Shown: positions 8,297 through 17,795, numbered from the stretch's first letter. The stretch is 64,000 nucleotides of DNA from Clostridia bacterium (GCA_045123995.1 JBGVKY010000007.1:109-64108); one strand, 5' to 3'. A program made the numbers and translations. The notes: generated by a model from the sequence alone, not told the origin.

Positions 8297-9708
8297 GCTT
8301 TTTCTCCTTTTTTATTATAAATTTTAGGCAGGAACAACACTATCGCAATTCCCGCAATAACATAAATAATTTCCGCTACAGCAAGAAACTTTATAGAATT
8401 TACTGCGGCGGTTATTTCACCCTTCCCGCTACTTATAATATTTGTTACTCTGTTTGTGAAAAGAGGAACAAATATAGCTACACCAAAGGGTGCTGCAAGG
8501 TCTCGGAATAAACCATAAGTTCCGGTTCCTGCTCCTGCAGTTTCAGCAGGCACCCCTGACAATACAACTTTCATAAAAATAGTGGCATTTCCTCCAAGCC
8601 CAAAGCCCAAGATACCAAGAGATACGGCAAGAATAATTACAGAAGTTTGGGCAGTAAATAAAAGCATAATAGCACATCCAACCCCTGTAAGAGAAAGAGA
8701 AGCAGTCAAAACCTTTTTAGGCTCTATGCGGTCTGCTAACGGGCCTAAAACAACTGACCCAAGTGACATCCCTATATACATAATTGAAATTGCATAGCTG
8801 GATATAATAGTATTATCAGGCTGTGTGTAGTTGATAAATACAATTATATTTGTCATATTTGCCTGCATAAGTCCCTGAGTTAAAAAGAGAGCCAGAACTG
8901 AGAGAAAAAACTTTTTTCTCTTCATAAACTTCCAACTGAGAATTGGATTTATTGCCTTTTTTTCTGCATAAAACAAACCGACAAATGATATAACTGATGC
9001 AATTAAAATAATTAAAAACCATATTGATCTGATACCAAAATTCTGACCAAAGGACGGCAAACATAACACAAGAGTAAAGAAAATTAAAACCCATACAGAA
9101 CCGATACCGTCAAAATCTGCAAGAGGTCTTATGCTTATGCCATCTTTTCTGTGTGTTACAAGGCAAAGCAAAAATATGATAACAGAGATTGCAACGCATA
9201 TCCACATCATTGAACCCCAGCCATAAAACTCAATAAGTAATCCGCCAAGTGTAGGTCCGAAAATTACTGCACTGCTCGAAATAAGCATATATAAAGAAAA
9301 ACCCTTTGCAATTTTCTCACGCGGAAACTCTGTAACAATGTATGACATTACCACCGGTGCAATGGCTGCGCTTCCTATGCCTACAATAAAACGGGCAATA
9401 ATCATAAAAAACAGCGATGAGGCTATTGCCGTAAGGATATTACCCAAAGTAAAAATCGCTATACCAATCAATAATGTTGCTTTCCTGCCTATTACATCAC
9501 CCAGCTTGCCAAGAATGGGTGCAAACGCTGCTGTGGAAGCTGCCATCGCTAAAGCTGTCCATGTTGTGTTGTTGTACGGCAAGTTTAAGTCACTTACGAA
9601 TGCAGGTCCAAGCACGGCAGTAAATCCGCCCACAGCACCTACTAAAAATGCCGCGAGCGCATATGGCACAAAACCACTTAAATAAGGTTTTGAAGAACTA
9701 ATTTCCAT
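8293..9708 (-). CDS. MFS transporter (14-TM, DHA2-like)
   Basis: 471 aa, highly hydrophobic with multiple TM segments; GxLaDrxGrk-like MFS motif (LGKLGDVIGRK). Confidence 0.7.
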   Translation of the reverse strand: MEISSSKPYLSGFVPYALAAFLVGAVGGFTAVLGPAFVSDLNLPYNNTTWTALAMAASTAAFAPILGKLGDVIGRKATLLIGIAIFTLGNILTAIASSLFFMIIARFIVGIGSAAIAPVVMSYIVTEFPREKIAKGFSLYMLISSSAVIFGPTLGGLLIEFYGWGSMMWICVAISVIIFLLCLVTHRKDGISIRPLADFDGIGSVWVLIFFTLVLCLPSFGQNFGIRSIWFLIILIASVISFVGLFYAEKKAINPILSWKFMKRKKFFLSVLALFLTQGLMQANMTNIIVFINYTQPDNTIISSYAISIMYIGMSLGSVVLGPLADRIEPKKVLTASLSLTGVGCAIMLLFTAQTSVIILAVSLGILGFGLGGNATIFMKVVLSGVPAETAGAGTGTYGLFRDLAAPFGVAIFVPLFTNRVTNIISSGKGEITAAVNSIKFLAVAEIIYVIAGIAIVLFLPKIYNKKGEKA

Positions 9709-9725
9709 AAGTTATCACTCCAATC

Positions 9726-9997
9726 TAGCCGTTGGAGTATCAAACTCCATACGCCTTAAACTTGTTAAATTTTAATCTTTTTAATTTGTCGTCCTCGAAA
9801 GGCGACAGCATTCCTTCGTACTCCGCATCAAAAATCTTGAAAATTTTTCTTAGTTTAAGGTCGAAGAGTTTCAAAACAAGAAATTTTTATTAAGATAAAG
9901 AAATTTCAAGAATTATACTTTCGTATGTTCGCAGGAATTTCTGCGATATTAAGGGAAATTTCTGTTTTCAAACCGCATGGAGTTCGATACTCCGACG
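9726..9997. repeat. 24-bp near-perfect inverted repeats flanking ~225 bp (MITE-like or large regulatory palindrome)
   Basis: agccgttggagtatcaaactccat (9726-9749) versus the reverse complement of atggagttcgatactccgacggct (9974-9997): 22/24 match. Internal secondary IRs (gccttaaac/gtttaaggtc; cgcaggaatttctgcg). Confidence 0.4.
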
Positions 9998-10076
9998 GCT
10001 AACCATAGTATACCCTATATTCGCGTATTTATTTAGCACACTTGGTTATACTTTTATGTAGAAAGGAGGAATAGTT

Positions 10077-10451
10077 TTGAAAGAACTGTTTTTTATTTGC
10101 AAGCATTGCGGAAATATCATTGCGATGATAAAAAATAGCGGTGTTCCTATACAATGCTGCGGCGAAGATATGCAGGAAATAATTCCGGGCACTACGGAGG
10201 CATCCGAAGAAAAACATATTCCCGTATATAAAACAGAAGGTGATAAGGTAACCGTTTCAGTCGGTTCGGCCCAGCATCCGATGGAACCGGAGCATTATAT
10301 CGAGTGGGTGTGCATTGAAAGTGATGATGGCTTCCAGTACAAGAGGCTTTCGCCAAACACACCTCCGAAGGCAAACTTTTCATTATCCAAGGGAGACAGC
10401 GTAAAAGCAGTATATGCCTTTTGCAATCAGCATAGCCTTTGGAAAGCATAA
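10077..10451 (+). CDS. dfx: desulfoferrodoxin (superoxide reductase, 2Fe-SOR)
   Basis: N-terminal desulforedoxin CxxC...CC (CKHCGN ... QCCGE) plus a neelaredoxin domain (EKHIPV, HPMEPEHYIEW). TTG start 6 nt after GGAGGA. Confidence 0.8.
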   Translation: MKELFFICKHCGNIIAMIKNSGVPIQCCGEDMQEIIPGTTEASEEKHIPVYKTEGDKVTVSVGSAQHPMEPEHYIEWVCIESDDGFQYKRLSPNTPPKANFSLSKGDSVKAVYAFCNQHSLWKA

Positions 10452-10479
10452 AATTAAAAAAGTAAAGGAGAATAAAATT

Positions 10480-11043
10480 ATGTCATTGATTAACAAAGAA
10501 ATTTCAGATTTTAAAGCTTACGCATTTCACGGAGACGATTTTAAGATGGTTTCCAAAGAAGAGATTTTAGGTAAATGGAGCGTGTTCTTTTTCTATCCTG
10601 CGGATTTTACCTTTGTATGCCCAACGGAGTTGGAAGATTTAGCAAATAAGTATGAGGATTTTAAAAATGTGGGATGTGAGATATACTCTGTATCTACCGA
10701 CACTCATTTTGTTCATAAAGCATGGCACGATGCATCTGAAAGAATTAAAAAAATCAATTATCCTATGCTTGCTGATCCGACTCATGAAATTTCAAGAGAT
10801 TTTGAGGTTTTAATCGAAGCTGACGGCCTTGCAGAACGCGGCACCTTTATCATAAATCCTGAAGGAAAGATCGTGGGTTATGAAGTAACAGCAGGAAATG
10901 TTGGGAGAAACGCAGAAGAACTCTTCCGTAAGGTTCAGGCATGTCAGTTTGTTCATGCTCATGGCGACCAGGTATGTCCTGCTAACTGGCAGCCTGGTGC
11001 TGAAACATTAAAACCGAGTCTTGATCTCGTAGGTCAGTTATAA
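10480..11043 (+). CDS. ahpC: peroxiredoxin AhpC (typical 2-Cys)
   Basis: FFFYPADFTFVCPTE peroxidatic Cys motif and resolving Cys in HGDQVCPANW. AAGGAGAA RBS before ATG 10480. Confidence 0.85.
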   Translation: MSLINKEISDFKAYAFHGDDFKMVSKEEILGKWSVFFFYPADFTFVCPTELEDLANKYEDFKNVGCEIYSVSTDTHFVHKAWHDASERIKKINYPMLADPTHEISRDFEVLIEADGLAERGTFIINPEGKIVGYEVTAGNVGRNAEELFRKVQACQFVHAHGDQVCPANWQPGAETLKPSLDLVGQL

Positions 11044-12701
11044 TGAGCAGTATACAAAACATTAACCAAGATAATTTATATGATGTTGTAGTGATAGGCG
11101 GCGGGCCGGCAGGACTTACCGCCGCCATTTATCTCTCTCGTGCAAGATACCGTGTGTTAGTTCTTGAAAAAGAACAGTTTGGCGGTCAGATTACCATTAC
11201 ACATGAGGTTGTAAATTATCCGGGCTTAGGAAAAATAAGTGGAAAAGAGCTTACCGAAACTATGCGCCGTCAGGCAGAAACCTTTGGAGCAGAATTTTTA
11301 ATGGCAAAAGCAGAAGGCCTGAAAATGGATGATATTGTTAAAACCGTTCACACAAGCCGTGGGGATTTTCAATGTTTAGGAGTTCTGCTTGCTACCGGTG
11401 CACATCCGAGATCTATAGGATTTAAAGGAGAAGAAGAACACAAAGGTCGAGGAGTTGCTTATTGTGCTACATGTGACGGAGAATTTTTTACAGGGAAAGA
11501 GGTTTATGTAGTTGGCGGAGGCTTTGCTGCGGCAGAAGAAAGTGTATTCTTAACTAAATTTGCCCGTCATGTAACAATTCTTGTTCGGAATGATGATTTC
11601 ACATGTGCTATGGCTGTTGCAGAACCGGCGAAAAATCACGAAAAAATAACCGTTATTTATAACACGGTTGTAGAAGAAGTAAACGGCGAAAATGGTCTTA
11701 ATTATATTAGATATAAAAATACCAAAAGCGGAGATGTTACCGAATATCAAGCAGAAGACGGAGATAACTTCGGAGTATTTGTGTTTGCCGGATATTCTCC
11801 TGACACAGAGCTTGTTAAAGATATTGCAAAGTTAAATGAATACGGCTATGTTATAACCGACTCAAGTCAAAAAACGACTATTGATGGATTGTATGCAGCA
11901 GGCGATGTATGTATTAAACCGCTTCGTCAGGTGGTTACTGCTACAGGCGACGGTGCATTGGCGGCTACAGAGCTTGAAAAATATGTTGCCGAAATGCAGA
12001 GAAAAACAGGTCTTCATCCGAAACCTCCCGTTACAAGAATGACAGAATATCCAAATGCAACAAAAACCGCTGAGACATCTGATGATTCCGATGATATATT
12101 TACAGCAGAAATGAAAGCACAGTTAGAGGGCGTGTTTTCGAAAATGGAACGCAAGCTTATCCTTAAGCTGTATCTTGATAATCGCCCTGTGTCTTTAGAA
12201 TTGGAAAATTATATAACAAATCTTGCAGACCTTACAGACAAGCTTACAGTCATGGTAGCTGATAAAAATGACCAATCAAATCTTGCACCATGTGTGCGAG
12301 TCTTTTCAGAGGATGGAATTGATTCGGGGATTGCATTTCACGGTGTGCCGGGAGGACATGAGTTTACCTCTTTTGTACTGGGGCTTTACAATGCAGCAGG
12401 TCCCGGACAGACAATAGATGAAGATACATTAAAGGAAGTTGAAGAAATTCAAAATCAAACCGATATGAAGATTTTAGTTTCTTTGTCTTGTACGATGTGC
12501 CCCGATTTGGTAATTGCCTGTCAGCGCATAGCAACTATAAATAAAAATATTAAAGCAGAAGTATACGACCTTCAACATTTTGAAGATTTAAAGACAAAAT
12601 ATAATGTTATGAGCGTTCCTTGTTTGGTTATCAACGATGAACATGTATCTTTTGGAAAAAAGAATATAAATCAGATTGTTGATATAGTAAAAAAAGTATA
12701 A
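11043..12701 (+). CDS. ahpF: AhpF-like NADH-dependent peroxiredoxin reductase with swapped domain order (TrxR-like N-terminus, AhpF-NTD-like double Trx fold at C-terminus)
   Basis: N-terminal VVVIGGGPAGLTAAIY and AYCATCDGEFF (TrxR CATC). The C-terminus has GVPGGHEFTSFVLGLYNAAG and a CTMCPD redox motif matching the AhpF N-terminal domain. TAATG overlap with ahpC. Confidence 0.7.
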   Translation: MSSIQNINQDNLYDVVVIGGGPAGLTAAIYLSRARYRVLVLEKEQFGGQITITHEVVNYPGLGKISGKELTETMRRQAETFGAEFLMAKAEGLKMDDIVKTVHTSRGDFQCLGVLLATGAHPRSIGFKGEEEHKGRGVAYCATCDGEFFTGKEVYVVGGGFAAAEESVFLTKFARHVTILVRNDDFTCAMAVAEPAKNHEKITVIYNTVVEEVNGENGLNYIRYKNTKSGDVTEYQAEDGDNFGVFVFAGYSPDTELVKDIAKLNEYGYVITDSSQKTTIDGLYAAGDVCIKPLRQVVTATGDGALAATELEKYVAEMQRKTGLHPKPPVTRMTEYPNATKTAETSDDSDDIFTAEMKAQLEGVFSKMERKLILKLYLDNRPVSLELENYITNLADLTDKLTVMVADKNDQSNLAPCVRVFSEDGIDSGIAFHGVPGGHEFTSFVLGLYNAAGPGQTIDEDTLKEVEEIQNQTDMKILVSLSCTMCPDLVIACQRIATINKNIKAEVYDLQHFEDLKTKYNVMSVPCLVINDEHVSFGKKNINQIVDIVKKV

Positions 12702-12730
12702 GGGTAATTTGACTTTATTCACGCCGTATG

Positions 12731-12802
12731 CCTTCTTAAGGTTCAAATCCTTTCTTTAACATAAAAAACAGGCAAAGCCCTTTGGCTTGCCTGTTTTTTG
12801 GT
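12731..12802 (+). repeat. 72-bp direct repeat copy 1 (contains a T-arm-like GGTTCAAATCC and a bidirectional terminator hairpin)
   Basis: Identical to 13122-13193: ccttcttaaggttcaaatcctttctttaacataaaaaacaggcaaagccctttggcttgcctgttttttggt. Confidence 0.7.
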
Positions 12803-12990
12803 GCGAATGTTCATAACGTGTCAAAATTAAAACTCGCAAAAAGTTGGTAGCAACAGCGAACCGTTGTGAGGGCGTTTACAACCGAACAGGTGAGCCAAGC
12901 GTGACTTTTTGCGAAAGAGGAGAAGCAAGGAAGCGGGCGGATGACTTTTTTGAATAAAAAAGTCGAAGCAAAGCGAACTTTACTTCGACG

Positions 12991-13008
12991 TGGTCGGGAT
13001 GACAGGAT
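12991..13008. other. 18-bp duplicate of the tRNA-Pro 3-prime end (att-core-like fragment)
   Basis: tggtcgggatgacaggat is identical to 13190-13207, i.e. the 3-prime 15 nt of the tRNA plus 3 flanking nt. Confidence 0.5.
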
Positions 13009-13121
13009 GTATATTGCTTCGCAATCTACTCTGCTCGGTTACCCAAATGCTTTGCATTTCGGTACCAACCTTCGCACTTTTTTGCTAAAAACAATTATCA
13101 ATTGTTTTTTTAACGCAAAAA

Positions 13122-13193
13122 CCTTCTTAAGGTTCAAATCCTTTCTTTAACATAAAAAACAGGCAAAGCCCTTTGGCTTGCCTGTTTTTTGGT
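13122..13193 (+). repeat. 72-bp direct repeat copy 2, abutting the tRNA-Pro 3-prime end
   Basis: Exact copy of 12731-12802. Confidence 0.7.
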
Positions 13194-13266
13194 CGGGATG
13201 ACAGGATTTGAACCTGCGGCTTCTACGTCCCGAACGTAGCGCCCTACCAAACTGGGCCACATCCCG
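13193..13266 (-). tRNA. tRNA-Pro (anticodon CGG)
   Basis: Manual fold: acceptor cgggatg/catcccg, D-arm gccc/gggc, anticodon stem ctacg/cgtag with loop ttCGGga, T-arm gcagg-TTCAAAT-cctgt, discriminator A, no encoded CCA. Confidence 0.8.
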
Positions 13267-13345
13267 AAATACACAAGGGATATTATACCCTATAAGATAA
13301 ATTTTGTCAAGGGAGACTTAAAAGTTTCCCCTGACAAAACTGCCT

Positions 13346-14692
13346 TTATCTGTCCTTTAATTCTATGTATTTTCTGTCTTCCTGCACAGACATATATGCA
13401 GGTCTTATTATCTTTCCTGCATTTATAATCTCCTCTAATCTGTGGGCACTCCAGCCTGCAATTCTCGCCACTGCAAAGAGCGGAGTGTAAAGTTCCTCGG
13501 GAATATCTAACATGGAATATGCAAATCCTGAATAGAAGTCAATATTCGGGCTTACGCCTTTATATATTTTCCTTTTTTCTGCAATTACTTCCGTGGCTAT
13601 CCTTTCAACGTTTTTATAAAGTGCAAATTCATCCGTCTTTCCTTTTTCTGCCGAAAGCTTTTGAACGAAATCTTTAAATATCTCAGCTCTGGGGTCTGAA
13701 AGAGAGTATACCGCATGCCCCATTCCGTATATTAGTCCTGTATTATCAAAAGCTTTTTTATCAAGAACTTTCACTAAATAATCCCTTATTTCCGTTTCGC
13801 TTTCCCAGTTTTTAATATTTTTCTTTATATCTAAAAACATCTGCTTTACCTTTATATTTGCACCACCGTGCTTTGGCCCTTTAAGAGAGCATAAGGAAGA
13901 TGCCATAGATGAATAGGTATCTGTTCCAGAAGAAGTTACTACATGAGTGGTAAACGTAGAGTTGTTGCCTCCCCCGTGCTCTGCATGAAGAACCAGTGAC
14001 ATATCAAGAATTTTCGCTTCCGTTGGAGTAAATTCCTTGTTCGGGCGAAGAAGTCTTAAAAAGTTTTCCGCTGTGGACATAGATGAATCAGGCCTATGTA
14101 TATAAAGTCCCTTACCCAGTCCGTAATGTCTGTATGCCTGATAAGCATAAACAGACAGCATAGGAAAAACTGAAATTAAATTTATACATTGTTTAAGTAC
14201 ATTCGGTATAGATAAATCATTGGCATTTTTATCGTAAGAATATAAAGTAAGAACGCTTCTTGCCAAAGAATTCATAATGTCAGAGTTAGGAGCTTTCATT
14301 ATAACATCTCTTGTGAAGTTTTTTGGAAGTGTTCTTAAATTTATCAAGAGCCTATTAAATTCATAAAGCTCATCTTCTCTTGGGAGATTGCCGAATAAAA
14401 GAAGATAAACAGTTTCTTCAAAGCCAAATCTTCCGTCTTCGGTAAAACCTTTAACCAAATCCTTTACATCAATTCCACGATAGCAAAGCTTTCCCTCTGT
14501 CGGAACGGTATTTCCGTCTATCATCTTGCTTGATGTTATGGTAGATATTTCAGTGAGCCCTGCTATAACTCCTTTGCCGTTTAAATCTCTCAGGCCCTTT
14601 TTAACATCATGCTTAACATAAAGCTCTTGGTCTATTTTTCCTCTTTCTATACATTTTTCCGAAAGTTTTAATATCTCAGGCGTTAATTTCAT
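13346..14692 (-). CDS. gltA: citrate synthase (GltA family; could be 2-methylcitrate synthase)
   Basis: HAEHGGGNNSTFTTHVVTSSGTDTYSS, GPKHGGAN and GMGHAVYSLSDPR signature blocks. AAAGGAG RBS. Confidence 0.8.
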   Translation of the reverse strand: MKLTPEILKLSEKCIERGKIDQELYVKHDVKKGLRDLNGKGVIAGLTEISTITSSKMIDGNTVPTEGKLCYRGIDVKDLVKGFTEDGRFGFEETVYLLLFGNLPREDELYEFNRLLINLRTLPKNFTRDVIMKAPNSDIMNSLARSVLTLYSYDKNANDLSIPNVLKQCINLISVFPMLSVYAYQAYRHYGLGKGLYIHRPDSSMSTAENFLRLLRPNKEFTPTEAKILDMSLVLHAEHGGGNNSTFTTHVVTSSGTDTYSSMASSLCSLKGPKHGGANIKVKQMFLDIKKNIKNWESETEIRDYLVKVLDKKAFDNTGLIYGMGHAVYSLSDPRAEIFKDFVQKLSAEKGKTDEFALYKNVERIATEVIAEKRKIYKGVSPNIDFYSGFAYSMLDIPEELYTPLFAVARIAGWSAHRLEEIINAGKIIRPAYMSVQEDRKYIELKDR

Positions 14693-14706
14693 TAAATACT
14701 CCTTTC

Positions 14707-16446
14707 TTAATTTTCATATAATTTATAAAGTTTTTTATAAATTCCGTCCTTTGCTATAAGTTCCTCATGAGTTCCGGCTTCTTCAATCCCCTTGTCCGTC
14801 AGAACCATTATAAGGTCAGCTCCCTTTATGGTTGTAAGTCTGTGAGCTATGGTAAAGGTTGTTCTTCCCTTTGTAAGCACCTTTAGGGACTCTTTAACCA
14901 AAAGTTCGCTTTCATTGTCAAGAGCACTTGTTGCCTCGTCTAAAATTAAAATCGGAGGATTTTTAAGGAAAACTCTCGCGATGGAAATTCTCTGCTTCTG
15001 ACCACCGGAAAGCTTAACCCCTCTTTCTCCAACGTAGGTATCATATCCGTTTTCAAGCTTTTCTATAAAGTCATCACAACCTGCAGCCTTTGCCGCATTT
15101 ATAACCTCTTCTTTCGTTGCTCCGATTTTTCCGTAGGCGATATTTTCGTATATTGTGCCGGAGAAAAGATACACATCCTGCTGTACGACACCGATATTTG
15201 CTCTTATTGAGTCCTGAGTATATTCTCTTATATCCATACCGTCAATTAAGACACGGCCGTCGGTAACATCATAAAATCTGGGAATTAAATTTACCAGCGT
15301 GGTCTTTCCTCCCCCGGAGGGACCCACTATGGCGATATTTTCTCCTTTTTTCACTTCGAGATTTATTCCTGAAAGCACCTGACCTCCACCGTCGGGATAG
15401 CTGAACTTTACATTTTCGAACGTCACTTCTCCCGATACCTTGGCAAGCTCCTTTGCTCCTTTAATATCTTTTATATCTATGGGAGCATCCATAATTTCAG
15501 AAAATCTTTCAATTCCCGTCATTCCTCTCTGAAACTGCTCGGTAAATTCAACTATACGGCGTATTGCCGCAATGAGCGTTGCTACATAGAGCAGATAAGC
15601 TGTGTAATCTCCGGGAGTAATTTCCCCTTCTATCATGAAAAGTGCTCCGGCAACCACAACCACAATATACATAAGTCCGTCAAAAATCCTTACTGAAGTC
15701 TGAAAGCCCGCCATGTATTTATAGGTTTTATATTTGATTTTCAAAAACTTCTGATTGTCTTTTCCAAACTTTTTTCGCTCAATATCCTCATTAGCAAAGC
15801 TTTTTACAACCCGTATTCCCAGCATGGCATCTTCCACACCGGAATTTATTTCTCCTATCTGCTCACGGGATTCTTTAAACGCCCTTTTCATTTTCCTGTT
15901 GTAATAGGTAGATACAATGAGCATCAAGGGAACAACAGAAAACATTATAAGAGTAAGGGGCATGCTCATAGAAGATAAAATTAAAAACGCTGCTATAATT
16001 TTTATCCCTGCGATAAAAAATTCTTCCGGGCAGTGATGGGCAAACTCCGTAATATCGAAAAGGTCGCTGGTTATTCTTGCCATTATCTGTCCTACCTTGG
16101 TATTACTGAAATAGGAAAAGGACATTTTCATAAGATGGTCAAAAAGATCACTTCTCATGTCTGTTTCTATTTTCGCCCCCATTATATGTCCTTGATACGC
16201 CATGAAATAGTTTGCGGAAGCATCAATTATCCTTAAAAGAAGATAGACTATTCCCGCCTTTAGTATAACACCCGCCGTAAGGGACGCAAAATCGTTAATT
16301 GCACGATTAGTAATTTCTCTTACAATAAGAGGTAGAACTATTTCGCAGACAGTTGTCATTGCCGCAAAAAACAAATCCAGTATCATGATAGCCTTATATC
16401 TCCTAAAGTAAGGAGCAAATCGCCTCATAAGCAGACCTTTCTTCAT
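14707..16446 (-). CDS. ABC transporter, fused permease/ATP-binding exporter (MsbA/LmrA-like)
   Basis: Six-TM N-terminal half. Walker A GPSGGGKTT, signature LSGGQKQRISIAR, Walker B ILILDEATSALD. Confidence 0.75.
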   Translation of the reverse strand: MKKGLLMRRFAPYFRRYKAIMILDLFFAAMTTVCEIVLPLIVREITNRAINDFASLTAGVILKAGIVYLLLRIIDASANYFMAYQGHIMGAKIETDMRSDLFDHLMKMSFSYFSNTKVGQIMARITSDLFDITEFAHHCPEEFFIAGIKIIAAFLILSSMSMPLTLIMFSVVPLMLIVSTYYNRKMKRAFKESREQIGEINSGVEDAMLGIRVVKSFANEDIERKKFGKDNQKFLKIKYKTYKYMAGFQTSVRIFDGLMYIVVVVAGALFMIEGEITPGDYTAYLLYVATLIAAIRRIVEFTEQFQRGMTGIERFSEIMDAPIDIKDIKGAKELAKVSGEVTFENVKFSYPDGGGQVLSGINLEVKKGENIAIVGPSGGGKTTLVNLIPRFYDVTDGRVLIDGMDIREYTQDSIRANIGVVQQDVYLFSGTIYENIAYGKIGATKEEVINAAKAAGCDDFIEKLENGYDTYVGERGVKLSGGQKQRISIARVFLKNPPILILDEATSALDNESELLVKESLKVLTKGRTTFTIAHRLTTIKGADLIMVLTDKGIEEAGTHEELIAKDGIYKKLYKLYEN

Positions 16447-17795
16447 CCGAATATATCCTCCTTGAACAAATCGCTGACAGTATTTATTCCGATTAAATTT
16501 ATCCTTAAGTTCTTATCTGCCTGTCCCAGAGCACTCTTTGGTACAATGCAGGATTTAAATCCCAATCTTTCTGCCTCCTGCACTCTTCTTCCTATTCCGG
16601 AAACAGACCTTAATTCACCCGAAAGTCCCACTTCTCCCAGGAAAACCATGGCAGGGTCCAGAGGCTTATTTTTTATACTTGATAAAAGCGATGCTAAAAT
16701 TGCCAGATCCGCCACGGTTTCATCAACCTTAAGTCCGCCCACTACATTCAAGTAGGCATCCTGATTTTGCATGGGAAGTCCCAGTTTTTTCTCAAGTATT
16801 GCAATTAACATGACCATTCTTGAATAGTCCATACCCTCGGCTGCTCTTCTGGGCACACCGAAGCCCGTGGGAGATGTGAGTGCCTGGATTTCAGCAAGAA
16901 TCGGTCTTGTCCCTTCCATCAGGCAGGTTACACAGGAGCCGGGGGCATCCTTCATCCTTCCTGAAAGGAGAGTTTCAGAGGGGTTATCCACCGATTTCAG
17001 TCCCTCCCCTGTCATTTCAAACATACCCACTTCATTTGTGGAGCCGAAACGGTTTTTAACCGCTCTTAAAATTCTGTAGCTCTGATTTCTGTCACCCTCG
17101 AAATACAAAACCGAGTCCACCATGTGTTCAAGCATTTTAGGTCCTGCTATATTTCCCTCTTTTGTTACATGACCCACTATGAAAAATGCGGTGCCCGATT
17201 CTTTAGCCTTTCTCATGATTTTCATTGTAACATCTCTTATCTGGCCAAGGCTTCCGCCTGCCGAATCGGTATTTTCTGAAAACATTGTCTGAACCGAATC
17301 CACAATGCAAGCTGCAGGCTTTATTTCATCTATGTAAAAAAGTGCCTTATCTATATCTGTCTCGGGCAAAATAAGTAAATTGTCCCCTAAAACCGAAAGA
17401 CGCTCCGCCCTCATTTTAAGCTGCATTTCAGATTCTTCCCCAGATATATAGAGTATTTTTTCCTCTTTCCCTATATTTGAGCACACCTGCATGAGCAAGG
17501 TTGATTTTCCTATTCCGGGCTCGCCCCCCACAAGGACAAGACTCCCTTTAACCAATCCTCCGCCTAAAACTCTGTCAAGCTCACTAATCCCTGTTAAGAT
17601 ACGTTCCGATTCATCGCTTTTAATTTCATTAAGCGTCATGGGGCGGGCTGAAACTTCACGGCTTAAGGAAGTTTTCTTTTCTTTATATATCTTTTGTTCC
17701 TTTAAGGTGTTCCATGCCCCGCAGGAGGGACATTTGCCCAGGTATTTCACGGTTTCATAGCCACATTCAGAGCAGCAAAAAACTGATTTACTCAT
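16443..17795 (-). CDS. radA: DNA repair protein RadA/Sms
   Basis: N-terminal CSECGYETVKYLGKCPSCGAWNT zinc finger, Walker A GGEPGIGKSTL, KNRFG motif, C-terminal Lon-like domain. Confidence 0.9.
   Translation of the reverse strand: MSKSVFCCSECGYETVKYLGKCPSCGAWNTLKEQKIYKEKKTSLSREVSARPMTLNEIKSDESERILTGISELDRVLGGGLVKGSLVLVGGEPGIGKSTLLMQVCSNIGKEEKILYISGEESEMQLKMRAERLSVLGDNLLILPETDIDKALFYIDEIKPAACIVDSVQTMFSENTDSAGGSLGQIRDVTMKIMRKAKESGTAFFIVGHVTKEGNIAGPKMLEHMVDSVLYFEGDRNQSYRILRAVKNRFGSTNEVGMFEMTGEGLKSVDNPSETLLSGRMKDAPGSCVTCLMEGTRPILAEIQALTSPTGFGVPRRAAEGMDYSRMVMLIAILEKKLGLPMQNQDAYLNVVGGLKVDETVADLAILASLLSSIKNKPLDPAMVFLGEVGLSGELRSVSGIGRRVQEAERLGFKSCIVPKSALGQADKNLRINLIGINTVSDLFKEDIFG

Noticed and set aside
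10029-10449. Minus-strand ORFs 10029-10217 and 10192-10449 overlapping dfx
   Set aside because: Antisense to the well-supported desulfoferrodoxin gene; no RBS.
12941-13150. 69-aa ORF between the two 72-bp repeats
   Set aside because: No RBS. It spans the tRNA-3-prime duplicate and runs into repeat copy 2, and its translation is low-complexity. The region is better explained as non-coding repeat or att-scar sequence.
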